A DNA stretch of 64,000 bases from Armatimonadota bacterium (GCA_039811685.1 JBDHZC010000004.1:64001-128000); one strand, 5' to 3'; positions 41,325 to 55,614 are shown, counted from the stretch's first letter. The notes: generated from the sequence alone by a model not told the origin. Numbers and translations are program-made.

Positions 41325-42686
41325 TTGGATATTTGTGTAATTGGCACTGGATATGTGGGTCTGGTAACCGGCACCGTGTTTGCCGACCTCGGCAACAACG
41401 TCATCTGTGCGGACCAGGATTCCTCCAAGATTGACCAACTCAATGCCGGGAAGATGCCAATCTACGAGCCGGGTCTTGAGGAGATGGTCCTTCGCAATAC
41501 TGAAGACAACCGTCTCAGCTTCACCACAGACGTTGTTCGCGCGGTGGAAGCCTCCGAAGTGATCTTCATCTGTGTCGGCACACCGCCGGGTGAAGATGGT
41601 TATGCTGATCTCTCAGGCGTTACAGCGGTGGCGCAGGCCGTAGCTCGAGGCCTGAACGGGTACAAGGTTATCGTTAACAAGAGCACGGTGCCCGTGGGTA
41701 CAGGTGACCTGGTTCGCGAGATCATCAATGAGCACAAGGAAACGGATTTTGGCTTCGATGTTGTCAGCAACCCCGAGTTTCTGAGGGAAGGCTCAGCCAT
41801 CTCCGACACTCTTCATCCGGACCGCGTCGTCATCGGCGCTCCCACTCAGACGGTGGCTATGAAGATTCTGGAGCTTTACGCTCCACTAGAGCGCCCCATG
41901 CTTATCACGGATGTCAACTCGGCTGAGATGATCAAGTACGCCTCCAACGCCTTTCTTGCTACGAAGATATCCTTCATCAACGCCATCGCCAACATCTGTG
42001 ACCGTGCCGGAGCTGACGTATTGCAGGTTACCAAAGGGATGGGTTACGACACTCGAATCGGATCTCAGTTTCTGCAGGCGGGTCTCGGCTATGGTGGAAG
42101 CTGCTTTGGCAAGGATACGAGCTGCCTGTATCACACCGCTGCCCGGTTTGGCTACGACTTCCGGCTGCTGCGCGAAGTGATTGAAGTCAACGAACGCCAG
42201 GCGCATCTGTTCACGGATCGCATTCTCGAGGCTATCGCCCATACGACCGGCGCGACTGTTGGAATTCTTGGTCTGGCTTTCAAACCGAACACAGACGATA
42301 TGCGCGACGCAAAAAGTATAGAGATTATCGGACGGCTCCTGGCGCAGGGCTGCAGAATCAAAGCCTATGACCCGATTGCTATAGAGAACACGCAGCGCAT
42401 TTTCCCGCAGATTACGTACTGCAAGAGCGCTTATGAAGTAGCTGAGAGCGCAGACGCGGTCGTTCTGGTTACAGAGTGGAATGAGTTCAAGTTCCTGGCT
42501 CTAGACAGGATTCGCGACTCCATGCGCACTCCGGTATTCTTCGACGGACGCAACATGTACGACCCGGCTCGAATGGCGAGATTGGGTTTTGACTATCACT
42601 GCGTGGGACGTGCGCGCACTCTGTGGAACAATGGGGACAATATGCCTTCCCTGGACGCTGTCGCGCCGGCTGAAGCGTTGGGCTGA
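41325..42686 (+). CDS. ugd: UDP-glucose 6-dehydrogenase
   Basis: IGTGYVGL, SNPEFLREG, GYGGSCF, AFKPNTDD. Confidence 0.93.
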   Translation: MDICVIGTGYVGLVTGTVFADLGNNVICADQDSSKIDQLNAGKMPIYEPGLEEMVLRNTEDNRLSFTTDVVRAVEASEVIFICVGTPPGEDGYADLSGVTAVAQAVARGLNGYKVIVNKSTVPVGTGDLVREIINEHKETDFGFDVVSNPEFLREGSAISDTLHPDRVVIGAPTQTVAMKILELYAPLERPMLITDVNSAEMIKYASNAFLATKISFINAIANICDRAGADVLQVTKGMGYDTRIGSQFLQAGLGYGGSCFGKDTSCLYHTAARFGYDFRLLREVIEVNERQAHLFTDRILEAIAHTTGATVGILGLAFKPNTDDMRDAKSIEIIGRLLAQGCRIKAYDPIAIENTQRIFPQITYCKSAYEVAESADAVVLVTEWNEFKFLALDRIRDSMRTPVFFDGRNMYDPARMARLGFDYHCVGRARTLWNNGDNMPSLDAVAPAEALG

Positions 42687-42731
42687 TTTGCGGGCGCGTC
42701 GGCTGCTCAGAGCGGGCAAGGAGCTTTCTGT

Positions 42732-43637
42732 ATGTCACATTTCGGAATGACCAGAAATCGCCACTATGAAGCGGGTGTGGAATATCTGGATCACGGTCAG
42801 TTCGATCTGGCTATCCAGGAACTGCAGCGGGTCGTTGACGGGACCACAATCGCCAACGAAGCCGAGCGTAAACTTGCGCGCTTTCACCTGGGAGAGGCCC
42901 ACACTGCTCTTGCCGAAAAACACGCCCAGCGCCAGCAGTTCGAAAGCGCCGAGAAGGATCTCAAGCATGCGCTTTCCATCAATCCGCACTATGCTGACCT
43001 GCACTATCAGCTAGCCCGCGTGTACTACTGGACAGACCGTCTGCAGGAGTCCACACAGGAAGTCACTCGCGCTCTTGAGATCAATCCCACCTTTGCCAAA
43101 GCTCTTTTCCTGCGGGGACTCTTGCTATACCGCAAGCAAGACCGCCAGGGCGCTTTGAACCTGTTCAGGCAGGCATCGGAATTGGAGCTTGCCTACTGCG
43201 GTGGCGATCTGGAAAAGGCGTTCGAACTCGATAGCCAGGGAGATTACGAGTCCGCTCTGGATGCTTTTGCTCGTGTCGGCGAGATGTCGGTAGATGAGGT
43301 TGGCGAGCTGATTCGTCTGGCGCGTGAGCAGCTTCGCCTGGGCAATATTCCTGAAGCCGAGAAAAACCTCAGGGACGCTCTTGCCACAAATCCGAATTAC
43401 GCCGATGTGCATCACCTGATGGGGCAGGTGTGGCTGGCGCAGGAGAAATACCTCAAAGCAGTCAACGAGTTCAAGACGGCTCTCCTCATCAATCCGCAGT
43501 TTGTTGCGGCACACATCAGCCTGGGTGTAGCCTGTAGGGCAATGGGAAATGAGGATGCCGCTCGGGCTGCCTTCCAGCGGGCGGTATCCATCGAACCCGG
43601 GAACGAGGAGGCTCGCGCTCACCTATCGAAGCGCTGA
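42732..43637 (+). CDS. Tetratricopeptide repeat protein
   Basis: Repeated AL.INP.YAD.H..L/MG TPR units. Confidence 0.87.
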   Translation: MSHFGMTRNRHYEAGVEYLDHGQFDLAIQELQRVVDGTTIANEAERKLARFHLGEAHTALAEKHAQRQQFESAEKDLKHALSINPHYADLHYQLARVYYWTDRLQESTQEVTRALEINPTFAKALFLRGLLLYRKQDRQGALNLFRQASELELAYCGGDLEKAFELDSQGDYESALDAFARVGEMSVDEVGELIRLAREQLRLGNIPEAEKNLRDALATNPNYADVHHLMGQVWLAQEKYLKAVNEFKTALLINPQFVAAHISLGVACRAMGNEDAARAAFQRAVSIEPGNEEARAHLSKR

Positions 43638-44797
43638 CAGATTCAACCAGGCAGATATTAGAACAGGGCGGAGGGCGCGCTTTTACAGTAGAGGCGCGTG
43701 ATCCGTCCTGTTCTGCGCGTACAGGTGTCCTGCAAACTCCTCACGGCACTGTGGAGACTCCAGTCTTCATGCCGGTGGCGACGCAGGGCGCCGTCAAGGC
43801 GATGACCACCGAAGAGGTCCGGGATATCGGTTTCAGGCTTATTCTGGCCAACACTTACCACCTGTATTTGCGACCTGGGACTGACGTACTGCGAGCCGCA
43901 GGCGGTTTACACGGCTTGATGAAGTGGGATGGGGCGCTGCTCACCGACAGCGGCGGTTACCAGGTTTTCAGCCTCTCCGCAATTCGCAAAATCTCCGAAG
44001 ACGGCGTCATGATTCGCAGCTATGTTGACGGCTCCCCGCACGACTTCACCCCTGAGAAAGTACTGGACATACAGCGCGCCATCGGCTCCGATATTGCTAT
44101 GGTGCTGGACATCTGCCCTCCGCACAACGCTTCCTATGACGAGGTGGCCAGAGCGGTGGAGCTTACGCTGCGATGGGCCGGGCGCTCTGCAGGTGTCCGT
44201 CAGGGGATTCCGCTGGTGTTTGGCATTGTTCAGGGCGGCAGGTTTGACGATCTGCGCAGCCTGTGCGCGGCCGGTCTCACGCAGATGGATTTTGACGGAT
44301 ACGCAATCGGAGGCGTCTCTGTGGGTGAGCCGCCAGCCGAAGCCTATCGCGTTGTCGATGTCACGGCTCCTCTCTTGCCCGATTCAAAGCCGCGCTATCT
44401 GATGGGTATGGGTACTCCAGTGGACATCCTTAATGGCATCGAGCGCGGTGTGGATATGTTCGACTGTGTCTTGCCAACACGTCTCGGCAGAAATGGAAGC
44501 GTTTACACCTCGCGCGGACGCCTCAACATCAAGAACGCGCGTTTTATCAGCGACCTCTCCCCTGTCGATCCAGACTGCGACTGTCCCACCTGCCGCAGCT
44601 ACTCCGCCGCGTATCTTCGTCATCTCTATCGTTCGCAGGAAATTCTGGCTGCCCGGCTCGCTACGATGCACAATCTCTGGCTTTACCACCGCCTGATAGT
44701 TGACGCTCGCCAGGCCATTCGCGAAGGCCGTTTTCTCGCGTTCAAAGAGCGGACCGTAGCGCAAATGTCGCCCGAGGTCTTATCCGGAGAGGCTTAG
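43634..44797 (+). CDS. tgt: tRNA-guanine transglycosylase (start uncertain; first canonical start is GTG 43751)
   Basis: TPHG.VETPVFMPVAT, NTYHL, TDSGGYQVFSL, DMFDCVLPTR, CDC..C zinc site. Confidence 0.92.
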   Translation: MTDSTRQILEQGGGRAFTVEARDPSCSARTGVLQTPHGTVETPVFMPVATQGAVKAMTTEEVRDIGFRLILANTYHLYLRPGTDVLRAAGGLHGLMKWDGALLTDSGGYQVFSLSAIRKISEDGVMIRSYVDGSPHDFTPEKVLDIQRAIGSDIAMVLDICPPHNASYDEVARAVELTLRWAGRSAGVRQGIPLVFGIVQGGRFDDLRSLCAAGLTQMDFDGYAIGGVSVGEPPAEAYRVVDVTAPLLPDSKPRYLMGMGTPVDILNGIERGVDMFDCVLPTRLGRNGSVYTSRGRLNIKNARFISDLSPVDPDCDCPTCRSYSAAYLRHLYRSQEILAARLATMHNLWLYHRLIVDARQAIREGRFLAFKERTVAQMSPEVLSGEA

Positions 44798-44876
44798 CTT
44801 CGAAAGCGTCCGTTGCGTCACAGGAAGGACATCTACCTGTGGCAGTGGTAATATAGCTCGTACGGAGTGAACACCG

Positions 44877-45632
44877 ATGGATACTATTGGCGGGCAGTTG
44901 CGTGCGGCGCGTGAGGCTCGCGGATGGACAATCCAGGACGTTTACGAGCGTACGAGGATGTCCAGGAGCAGCATTGAGGCTATGGAGGCGGACGACTTCG
45001 CATCGTTTGCGGGGGTCGTTTACGCGAAGGTCTTTCTGCGCGATTATTGCCGCGTACTCGGTATCGATGACGGTCCACTCGTCCTGCAGATCGGTGAGCG
45101 TGCGGAAACGCAGCCAGAGCCTGCGCCGGAGCCGCGGTCTGTGTCACTGAACCTGTACTGGCTGGTACTGACGCTTTGTATCGTTGCGGCAGGGCTGGCT
45201 ATCGTCAAGTTCGTGCGATCGGGACAGGCGCCCAGTCGCCACGGGGTCCAAAGGCCTGGTTCGGCGTCTCAAGCTCTGAAGAGCAGGCAGCCGGGTATCG
45301 GTGTGGCTGTTACGGAGAATGAAAGTGGCGCGGCGTCCTCCAGCATTCCGGGACAGTCGGCGATGAACTCTGGCGCAGTTCGCGTGCGCCTGCGCGCGGT
45401 TGAGCCGACTTGGGTAAGATTGACCTCTGGCGGAAAGCTTCTATTTGAAGGTATTCTGCCGGCTGAAGCGGTGAAGGATCTGACGTCGCCAAAGCCTGTG
45501 CGTATGCGAGTGGGAAACGCTGGTGGAGTCTATCTACGGGTGGACGAAGGAGCTGAGAAATTGCTCGGAGCAACCGGACAGGTCGTCGAGCGCGACATCA
45601 GCGCCTCCACTGTCTCAGGGGGTACACGGTGA
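44877..45632 (+). CDS. RodZ-like protein (HTH, TM helix, DUF4115 domain)
   Basis: IGGQLRAAREARG..YAKVFLRDYCR.LG; single TM helix; WVRL..GG..FEG..RVGNAGGV. Confidence 0.8.
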   Translation: MDTIGGQLRAAREARGWTIQDVYERTRMSRSSIEAMEADDFASFAGVVYAKVFLRDYCRVLGIDDGPLVLQIGERAETQPEPAPEPRSVSLNLYWLVLTLCIVAAGLAIVKFVRSGQAPSRHGVQRPGSASQALKSRQPGIGVAVTENESGAASSSIPGQSAMNSGAVRVRLRAVEPTWVRLTSGGKLLFEGILPAEAVKDLTSPKPVRMRVGNAGGVYLRVDEGAEKLLGATGQVVERDISASTVSGGTR

Positions 45633-45683
45633 TGGCTGCAGGTAACCGGAGTTCCGGATTGTCTTGCCAGGAGATATGAATGT

Positions 45684-47285
45684 ATGAACAGGACTAGATT
45701 AGTATGGCTTGCTGTGCCGTTGGCGCTTGCCATTGCGGGGCCGCTGCCGGCGCAGGAAAAGACGAAAGTGGACATGACTGCCCCGGCGCCAGTGTTAGAG
45801 CCTTCAGGCATTGCGCCTGCGCCGACAGGGACGCCAAAGGGTTCCACGGGCCTGCTCATGTCACATGACAGCGGCAAGATGACGGATCGTCTGGCGCTCA
45901 ATGCCTCAGGATCAACTGTTGAGTTCAATGCGCCTGAGCCGCGCATGGTTACGGCTGTGCAATTCTTCGGCGCAAGATACGGCGCTACAGTGAAGCCTAC
46001 TGATACGTACAGCGTCGTGGTTTCGGACGCTCAGTTCAAACCGATCATTCGTATCGAAAAACCGCTGTTGAATCTCAGTCCGTCGCGAGAGACCTGGCAG
46101 ACAGTTGCGATTACTCCGGCTGCGAAAGTAGACGGCAGATTCTACATTACCCTGATTTTCAACTCCAACATCGAAAAAGGCATTTATGTCGGTGTGGATG
46201 AAGATAATCCGTCTGGTGACTCCAAAGTCGGGGTTCCCGGAACCGTTGCCTCAGATGTTGACTCGCCTCTGGACTGGATGATCCGCGCTTCAACGCAGAC
46301 TCCGGCTCAGTACGAAGCAGTCAGATCACAAGCAGCCGCTGCGGTTGTGAAGACCGCAGCCGCCAAAAAGCCAGCGGCGTCTGCTTCCAGTGCGAAGACC
46401 CCAACCCGTGTGGCTACCACCGCTCCTCAGAAGACCAAACCCGCGGCAACTGCCACGGCTCGGCCGGCAGGAACTGTCAGACCCGGCACGGGAGCAGCGG
46501 TTGTGACCAAAGGCAACAAAACGCGAATGTCCAGCCCGCAGAGCGCAACGTCTGGCGGAGGTGGGGCGAAGATCGCCTACCGGGATCCACATCGCCGTTT
46601 GAGTTTCACCAGCAAAGCGCCTGCTCTAAGGAGGGGTTGTGGACGAGTTGACGTCACATGGAACGTTTCGCCCGTTACGGTCGAGCTCAGCTATGTCGGA
46701 AAGCCTCCCAAGATTATCGAGAATCTAGATGTCAAACGATTTGCCGTAGACTTTCCCGTTCCGGAGCCAGGTCTGTTCAGCGTAGTTATCCGCAAGGCGG
46801 GTTACCAGCCGGCTGCGCGGCAGTTCCGGGTTGTGAGTGGGAGCCGCCAGGAGTGGCATGTGACGCTGCAACCCGGATCCGACACTGGCGCTGTGCCGAT
46901 CGTCGGTCCGAGTGACGCCGCCGGAGAGAATCGGCCGGTCATGCCGACCATAGAGGACTCATCCGAGCCTTTGCCGGAAGCCGCGCCTGTTATATCTCCA
47001 GAGAATCCCAACTCCGAGCGTAGTAATGTGGGTGTCAGACCAAACGGGGTTGCTCCGGCGCCGATGAGACCGCGACCCGAAAACATGCCCAACGGCGTTG
47101 GCGCTGACCACCGTCCAACTCCACCGGCGACTGGCGCTGGAAATGGAGTTCCGATTCGTCCGCCGGCGGGCAGGGAGCGTCCGCTGCGCCGGCCGCTTCG
47201 ATCGCCGAATGGTGCGGGAGTTCCTGCGCCACCGCCATCACCCGATCAAGCGCCTGCGCCTCCTCCACCTGCTCCAGCGGAATAA
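45684..47285 (+). CDS. Hypothetical secreted protein (beta-sandwich domain, Ala/Thr/Pro linker, PEGA-like domain, Pro-rich tail)
   Basis: AGGAG RBS; signal peptide; GLFSVVIRKAGYQP PEGA-like motif; low-complexity C-terminus. Confidence 0.7.
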   Translation: MNRTRLVWLAVPLALAIAGPLPAQEKTKVDMTAPAPVLEPSGIAPAPTGTPKGSTGLLMSHDSGKMTDRLALNASGSTVEFNAPEPRMVTAVQFFGARYGATVKPTDTYSVVVSDAQFKPIIRIEKPLLNLSPSRETWQTVAITPAAKVDGRFYITLIFNSNIEKGIYVGVDEDNPSGDSKVGVPGTVASDVDSPLDWMIRASTQTPAQYEAVRSQAAAAVVKTAAAKKPAASASSAKTPTRVATTAPQKTKPAATATARPAGTVRPGTGAAVVTKGNKTRMSSPQSATSGGGGAKIAYRDPHRRLSFTSKAPALRRGCGRVDVTWNVSPVTVELSYVGKPPKIIENLDVKRFAVDFPVPEPGLFSVVIRKAGYQPAARQFRVVSGSRQEWHVTLQPGSDTGAVPIVGPSDAAGENRPVMPTIEDSSEPLPEAAPVISPENPNSERSNVGVRPNGVAPAPMRPRPENMPNGVGADHRPTPPATGAGNGVPIRPPAGRERPLRRPLRSPNGAGVPAPPPSPDQAPAPPPPAPAE

Positions 47286-47453
47286 AGGGTTGTTATTGGG
47301 CGGCTTCTCCACTCAGGGGAGGCCGCTTTCGCTTCTCTGCGTCGGTTATTTCGCGCTTGTCCGAGACAGACTCTAAGGCCGGCTCACTGCGCTGATAGGG
47401 ACGCCAGACAGGTTAGTCGGAGTCACCTGTAAGCAAAGACAGGCGTCTATTTG

Positions 47454-48206
47454 TCAGCTCTGGACAGGCTGTGCGAGCTTTGACGCGATTTGAGGTTCGA
47501 GGAGCCAGATCAGCTCCCCGTCTGTGGGCTGTAGTCCCTGCACTGGCGTGGAACGCGGTCTGGGCTCCTCTTCCAGCGCTGTTCGCAGGCGCTGGGCTTT
47601 CCCGCACCCACTGGAAATGACCAGCAGAGTTCGCGCGTTGTTGAACACTGGCAATGTGAGTGTTACGCGATCAACCCACGGCGGCAGTCCCGCGTGGGTG
47701 GAGACTGCAATGTCCTGAGTGTTACGCACAGCCGCTTTACGGGGAAACAGCGAAGCGGTGTGCCCATCAGGTCCCATGCCGTTCAGGCACAGATCAAAGC
47801 GTGGGAGTTCGTCGTCCTTGAGCCTGAAGAAATCCTGGATTGCCTTGGCGTAGACGCGTGCGCCACGCGTAGGCGTGGCCTCTTCTACCGGCACCGCAAA
47901 GACATTGTCGCGCGGCAGGCGGGTGACTTTGCTGATGAGCGCTTCATGCACGAGCTTGTAGTTGCTGTAGGGGTTTGTCCGATCGACATAGCGCTCGTCT
48001 CCCCAGAAGAGGAACACCTTGGTCCAGTCAATGCGCGCATGGGAAGCCAGCAGCTCATAGACTTTGGAGATCGAATGCCCTCCGCACAGAGTAATCGTGA
48101 AGCGGCCACGCTCAGCAATCGCCTCTTTCGCTCGCGCCAGAATGATCTCCACGGCCTGTCTGTTCTGGTCGTCTGCGTCTCTCGCAATAATAATCTGTCG
48201 TTCCAT
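47454..48206 (-). CDS. pgl: 6-phosphogluconolactonase
   Basis: FWGDERYV, SNY, GMGPDGHTASLFP, RVTLT. Confidence 0.92.
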   Translation of the reverse strand: MERQIIIARDADDQNRQAVEIILARAKEAIAERGRFTITLCGGHSISKVYELLASHARIDWTKVFLFWGDERYVDRTNPYSNYKLVHEALISKVTRLPRDNVFAVPVEEATPTRGARVYAKAIQDFFRLKDDELPRFDLCLNGMGPDGHTASLFPRKAAVRNTQDIAVSTHAGLPPWVDRVTLTLPVFNNARTLLVISSGCGKAQRLRTALEEEPRPRSTPVQGLQPTDGELIWLLEPQIASKLAQPVQS

Positions 48207-48379
48207 CGCAATCCCTGTGACGATATCTCCTTGACGGTAGAGCTTCGCCTACCGACTACTTACCCCATTGTCGGAGAAGTACTCCTCTCTTTAGAGGATA
48301 GTTCAACCGCGAGAGGCTCGCCCTGACAGCAACTGCCGGGCGAGCCTCGTCTCAAGGTGATGGTATGATCTGATCTGTC

Positions 48380-51955
<3,576 letters not shown>

Positions 51956-52322
51956 TCGTCTCTCCAGTTGAAAAGCCGCAGTCACGCAAGAAGACCACGG
52001 CGACTGTCGCTGCGCGCCGTAGTGGTTGTGCATCGTTGCAGTCGTATGGGCCGGGGCAGTTGCGCCGTCGCGGAAGCGGTGCGTCGCCGTTGAGTGGCCG
52101 TTGACGCTGCTGGAGAGCCAGAAGCGTGCATGTGCCCCAGCGCCGAACCTCCTCGTTATCGGTGCGCTGAGTGTCCAATCTTACTAGCCCAATTATATGT
52201 AGAGATTGTGCAGAAATCTCTACGTCTATGGTACTCACCGGCATGGGCCATTGGTACCATATGCTTGCGAGCAGGAGCCGCGGCCTGTAGAATAGGAGCT
52301 ACTTGCACAGTGAGTTGCGGCT

Positions 52323-52351
52323 TTGACAGGGCGGAGCCTGTCCGGTAAAAT
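52323..52351 (+). promoter_or_regulatory. Sigma70-type promoter of gap-pgk-tpiA
   Basis: TTGACA-17 nt-TAAAAT. Confidence 0.75.
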
Positions 52352-52424
52352 GCATCGGCTTTTCAGCGTCGAAGGCGGGACACTCAGCACCAATCGTTTG
52401 CTTTAGGGGAGGACACTAGTCACC

Positions 52425-53438
52425 ATGGCAGTCAAGATAGGAATCAACGGATTTGGCCGAATCGGCCGTCTGAGCTTCCGAGCGCTTCAGGAAAAGTACC
52501 CGAATGACGTTGAGATCGTAGCTATTAACGATCTGGTCGATTCCGCTACCAACGCGCACCTTCTGAAGTGGGATACAACGTACGGACGTTTCAAGGGCGA
52601 TGTTGCACCGGCGGACGGTGCGATCGTCGTCAATGGCAAGACCGTCAAGAGCTTTCAGGAGAAGGACCCCGCCAATATAGACTGGAACTCAGTAGGCGCA
52701 CAGATTGTCATCGAGTCCACCGGATTCTTTACCGACGCTGAGAAGGCCAAGGCGCATCTGGGCGGGTCCGTAAAGAAAGTTATCATTACAGCGCCAGCCA
52801 AGAACGAGGACGTCACACTGGTTCTCGGGGTCAATCAGGACGCATACGATCCTGCAAAGCACAACGTCATCTCCAACGCGAGCTGCACAACCAACTGCCT
52901 CGCGCCCGTAGCCAAGGTTCTTGTTGACAACTTTGGCGTGGAGGAAGGTCTGATGACGACCATCCACTCCTACACTAACGATCAGAAGATTCAGGATCAG
53001 GCGCACAAAGACCCTCGCCGCGCGCGTGCAGGCGCCGCCAACATGATCCCGACTTCGACAGGCGCCGCCAAGGCAATATCGCTCGTTCTGCCGGAACTCA
53101 AAGGCAAGATGCACGGATTTGCCATGCGCGTACCTACACTCACAGTATCTGTTGTAGATCTCGTCGTGAACACGGAGAAGCCGGTTACTGCTGAGTCTGT
53201 AAATGCGGCTATGAAAAAGGCCGCAGAAGGGTCTATGAAAGGCATCCTCGGCTATGAAGAGGAGCCGCTTGTGTCCAGCGACTTTATGGGCGATGAGCGC
53301 TCCAGTATTCTGGATGCCAACAGCACCATGACGATGGGCGACCACATGGTCAAGGTTATCTCCTGGTACGACAATGAGTGGGGATATTCTTGCCGAATTG
53401 CTGATCTGGTCAAGTTCCTGAAGGACAAAGGTCTCTAA
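52425..53438 (+). CDS. gap: Type I glyceraldehyde-3-phosphate dehydrogenase
   Basis: GINGFGRIGR, ASCTTNCL, WYDNEWGYS. Confidence 0.98.
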   Translation: MAVKIGINGFGRIGRLSFRALQEKYPNDVEIVAINDLVDSATNAHLLKWDTTYGRFKGDVAPADGAIVVNGKTVKSFQEKDPANIDWNSVGAQIVIESTGFFTDAEKAKAHLGGSVKKVIITAPAKNEDVTLVLGVNQDAYDPAKHNVISNASCTTNCLAPVAKVLVDNFGVEEGLMTTIHSYTNDQKIQDQAHKDPRRARAGAANMIPTSTGAAKAISLVLPELKGKMHGFAMRVPTLTVSVVDLVVNTEKPVTAESVNAAMKKAAEGSMKGILGYEEEPLVSSDFMGDERSSILDANSTMTMGDHMVKVISWYDNEWGYSCRIADLVKFLKDKGL

Positions 53439-53537
53439 AGGTATCGAACGGCATGGGGGCCGGGAGACTGGGCGCACCGCCCTGTGCCTGGCCCCTTGTC
53501 ACATCCGGCGGCCGACCGGGAAAGGCTCTTCTTCGCA

Positions 53538-54722
53538 ATGAACAAGAAAACTATTGAAGATGTCGACGTTCAGGGCAAGCGCTTACTGGTGCGCGTGGAC
53601 TTCAACGTCCCTCTGGATGAGAATCAGAATATCACCGATGACCGCCGTATCCGGGCGGCGTTGCCGACTATTCAGTATTTGATTGATCATGGCGGGCGCG
53701 TTATTCTTTGCTCGCACCTCGGACGGCCAAAGGGCGAAGTGAAAGAGTCACTCAGGCTCAATCCCGTTGCGGCGCGTCTGAGTGAGTTGATCAACAAACC
53801 CGTCACGAAGGTGGATGATTGTATTGGCGCTCAGGTACAGGACGCCGTAGCGCGGATGGCGGACGGGGATATTCTGCTTCTTGAGAACCTTCGCTTTCAC
53901 AAGGAAGAAGAGAAGAACGAGCCGGAGTTTGCCCGGGAGCTCGCTTCGATCGCCGATCTGTATGTCAACGACGCTTTTGGCGCAGCGCACAGGGCGCACG
54001 GCTCAACGGAAGGAGTGACAAAATATCTTCCAGCCGTGTCTGGCTATCTGATGCAGAAGGAACTCGACTATCTCGGGCGCGCCCTGACCAATCCACAACG
54101 CCCGTTTGTGGCAATTCTTGGCGGGGCTAAGGTTGCCGATAAGATTCCTGTCATCCAGAACCTGCTGACCAAAGTGGACACGCTGATCATAGGCGGCGGG
54201 ATGGCCTACACTTTTCTCAAGGCAAGAGGCTGTGAGATTGGCCAATCTCTTCTGGACTCAGATGGAATGCCGCTGGCCGCAAAGGCGATGTCCGATGCCG
54301 AGGAAAAGGGTGTCCAGCTTCTGTTACCAGTGGATATCGTTGTAGCGGAAGAGTTTCGCGACGACGCTGCCTCGAAGGTCGTCCCTGCCGATCAGATTCC
54401 TGCTGATATGATGGGGATGGACATTGGGCACCAGACGCGATCTGCGTTTGCGGAGGTTATCCGGCAAGCCAAGACGGTCGTCTGGAACGGTCCGATGGGT
54501 GTCTTTGAGATGCCGAAATTCGCAGAAGGCACAAGAGCTATCGCCCAGGCGATGGCCGATAGCGCGGCGACGACAATCGTAGGTGGCGGTGATTCTGCGG
54601 CTGCGGTTGAGCAGATGGGCTTCGCTGCCAAAATGTCGCACGTTTCAACCGGAGGGGGAGCGAGTCTGGAGTTTCTGGAAGGAAAGACGCTTCCCGGTGT
54701 TGCGGCACTTGCAGACAAATAG
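53538..54722 (+). CDS. pgk: Phosphoglycerate kinase
   Basis: [23 protein letters not shown]. Confidence 0.97.
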   Translation: MNKKTIEDVDVQGKRLLVRVDFNVPLDENQNITDDRRIRAALPTIQYLIDHGGRVILCSHLGRPKGEVKESLRLNPVAARLSELINKPVTKVDDCIGAQVQDAVARMADGDILLLENLRFHKEEEKNEPEFARELASIADLYVNDAFGAAHRAHGSTEGVTKYLPAVSGYLMQKELDYLGRALTNPQRPFVAILGGAKVADKIPVIQNLLTKVDTLIIGGGMAYTFLKARGCEIGQSLLDSDGMPLAAKAMSDAEEKGVQLLLPVDIVVAEEFRDDAASKVVPADQIPADMMGMDIGHQTRSAFAEVIRQAKTVVWNGPMGVFEMPKFAEGTRAIAQAMADSAATTIVGGGDSAAAVEQMGFAAKMSHVSTGGGASLEFLEGKTLPGVAALADK

Positions 54723-54774
54723 ATCCGCGCAGGCTCTTGCGCAATCACGTGAAAAATCTAAGGACTAACTGGCG

Positions 54775-55614
54775 ATGGTGAGGACAAAAAAGGTGAGGAC
54801 GCCGCTCATTGCGGGCAACTGGAAGATGCACAACGCACGGGAGCAGACCCGGCAGCTTATAGGCGAGCTGAAGCCGCTGATTGACGGACTGAGTGACGTG
54901 GAAGTATGTGTATGTCCGCCCTTTACAGTCCTGGCAGTGGCCAGCGAGACCATAGGTGACGCCGAGATCTCACTGGGTGCTCAGAATGTGTTCTGGGAGG
55001 AAAAGGGCGCCTGGACCAGTCAGATCTCCGCAGATATGCTGCTGGATGTGGGTTGCCGCTACGCCATCCTCGGCCATTCCGAGACGCGCGGGCGCTTCGG
55101 TAAGGTTGATGATCTCCTGGCCGGCCGCCTCCACTATTTCGGGGAGCGCGACGACACCATCAACATCAAAGCCAGGGTCTGTCTGGCCAAAGGTCTGACG
55201 CCGATTATCTGCTGTGGGGAGACGATCGACGAGCGCCAGGCGGGCAAGACAGACGATATCATATCCTCGCAGATAAGGGCCTGCCTGGATGGACTGACTC
55301 CAGATCAGATTGAGACGCTGGTGATCGCTTATGAGCCGGTCTGGGCTATTGGAACCGGGGAAGTCTGCGGCTCGGATGAGGCCAACCGCGTGTGTCGCTT
55401 GATCCGCCAGACCGTGCGCGACAACTTCGGTACGGATGCCGGCAACGGTGTGCGTATCCTCTATGGTGGAAGCATGAACGACAAGAACGCGGAAGAGCTC
55501 CTGGAGCAATCCGAAATAGACGGCGGCCTTATTGGTGGCGCTGCCCTAAAGGCGGACAGCTTCGCTACTATCTGCAAGGCAGCATCCTTCGCCGCCTGGA
55601 ACTTCTATATCTAG
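54775..55614 (+). CDS. tpiA: Triose-phosphate isomerase
   Basis: AGNWKM, GHSE, AYEPVWAIGTG, LYGGS. Confidence 0.96.
   Translation: MVRTKKVRTPLIAGNWKMHNAREQTRQLIGELKPLIDGLSDVEVCVCPPFTVLAVASETIGDAEISLGAQNVFWEEKGAWTSQISADMLLDVGCRYAILGHSETRGRFGKVDDLLAGRLHYFGERDDTINIKARVCLAKGLTPIICCGETIDERQAGKTDDIISSQIRACLDGLTPDQIETLVIAYEPVWAIGTGEVCGSDEANRVCRLIRQTVRDNFGTDAGNGVRILYGGSMNDKNAEELLEQSEIDGGLIGGAALKADSFATICKAASFAAWNFYI

Noticed and set aside
52206..52223. Rex operator upstream of nifJ/gap
   Set aside because: Only the TTGTG half matches TTGTGAA-N4-TTCACAA; kept only as a generic inverted repeat.
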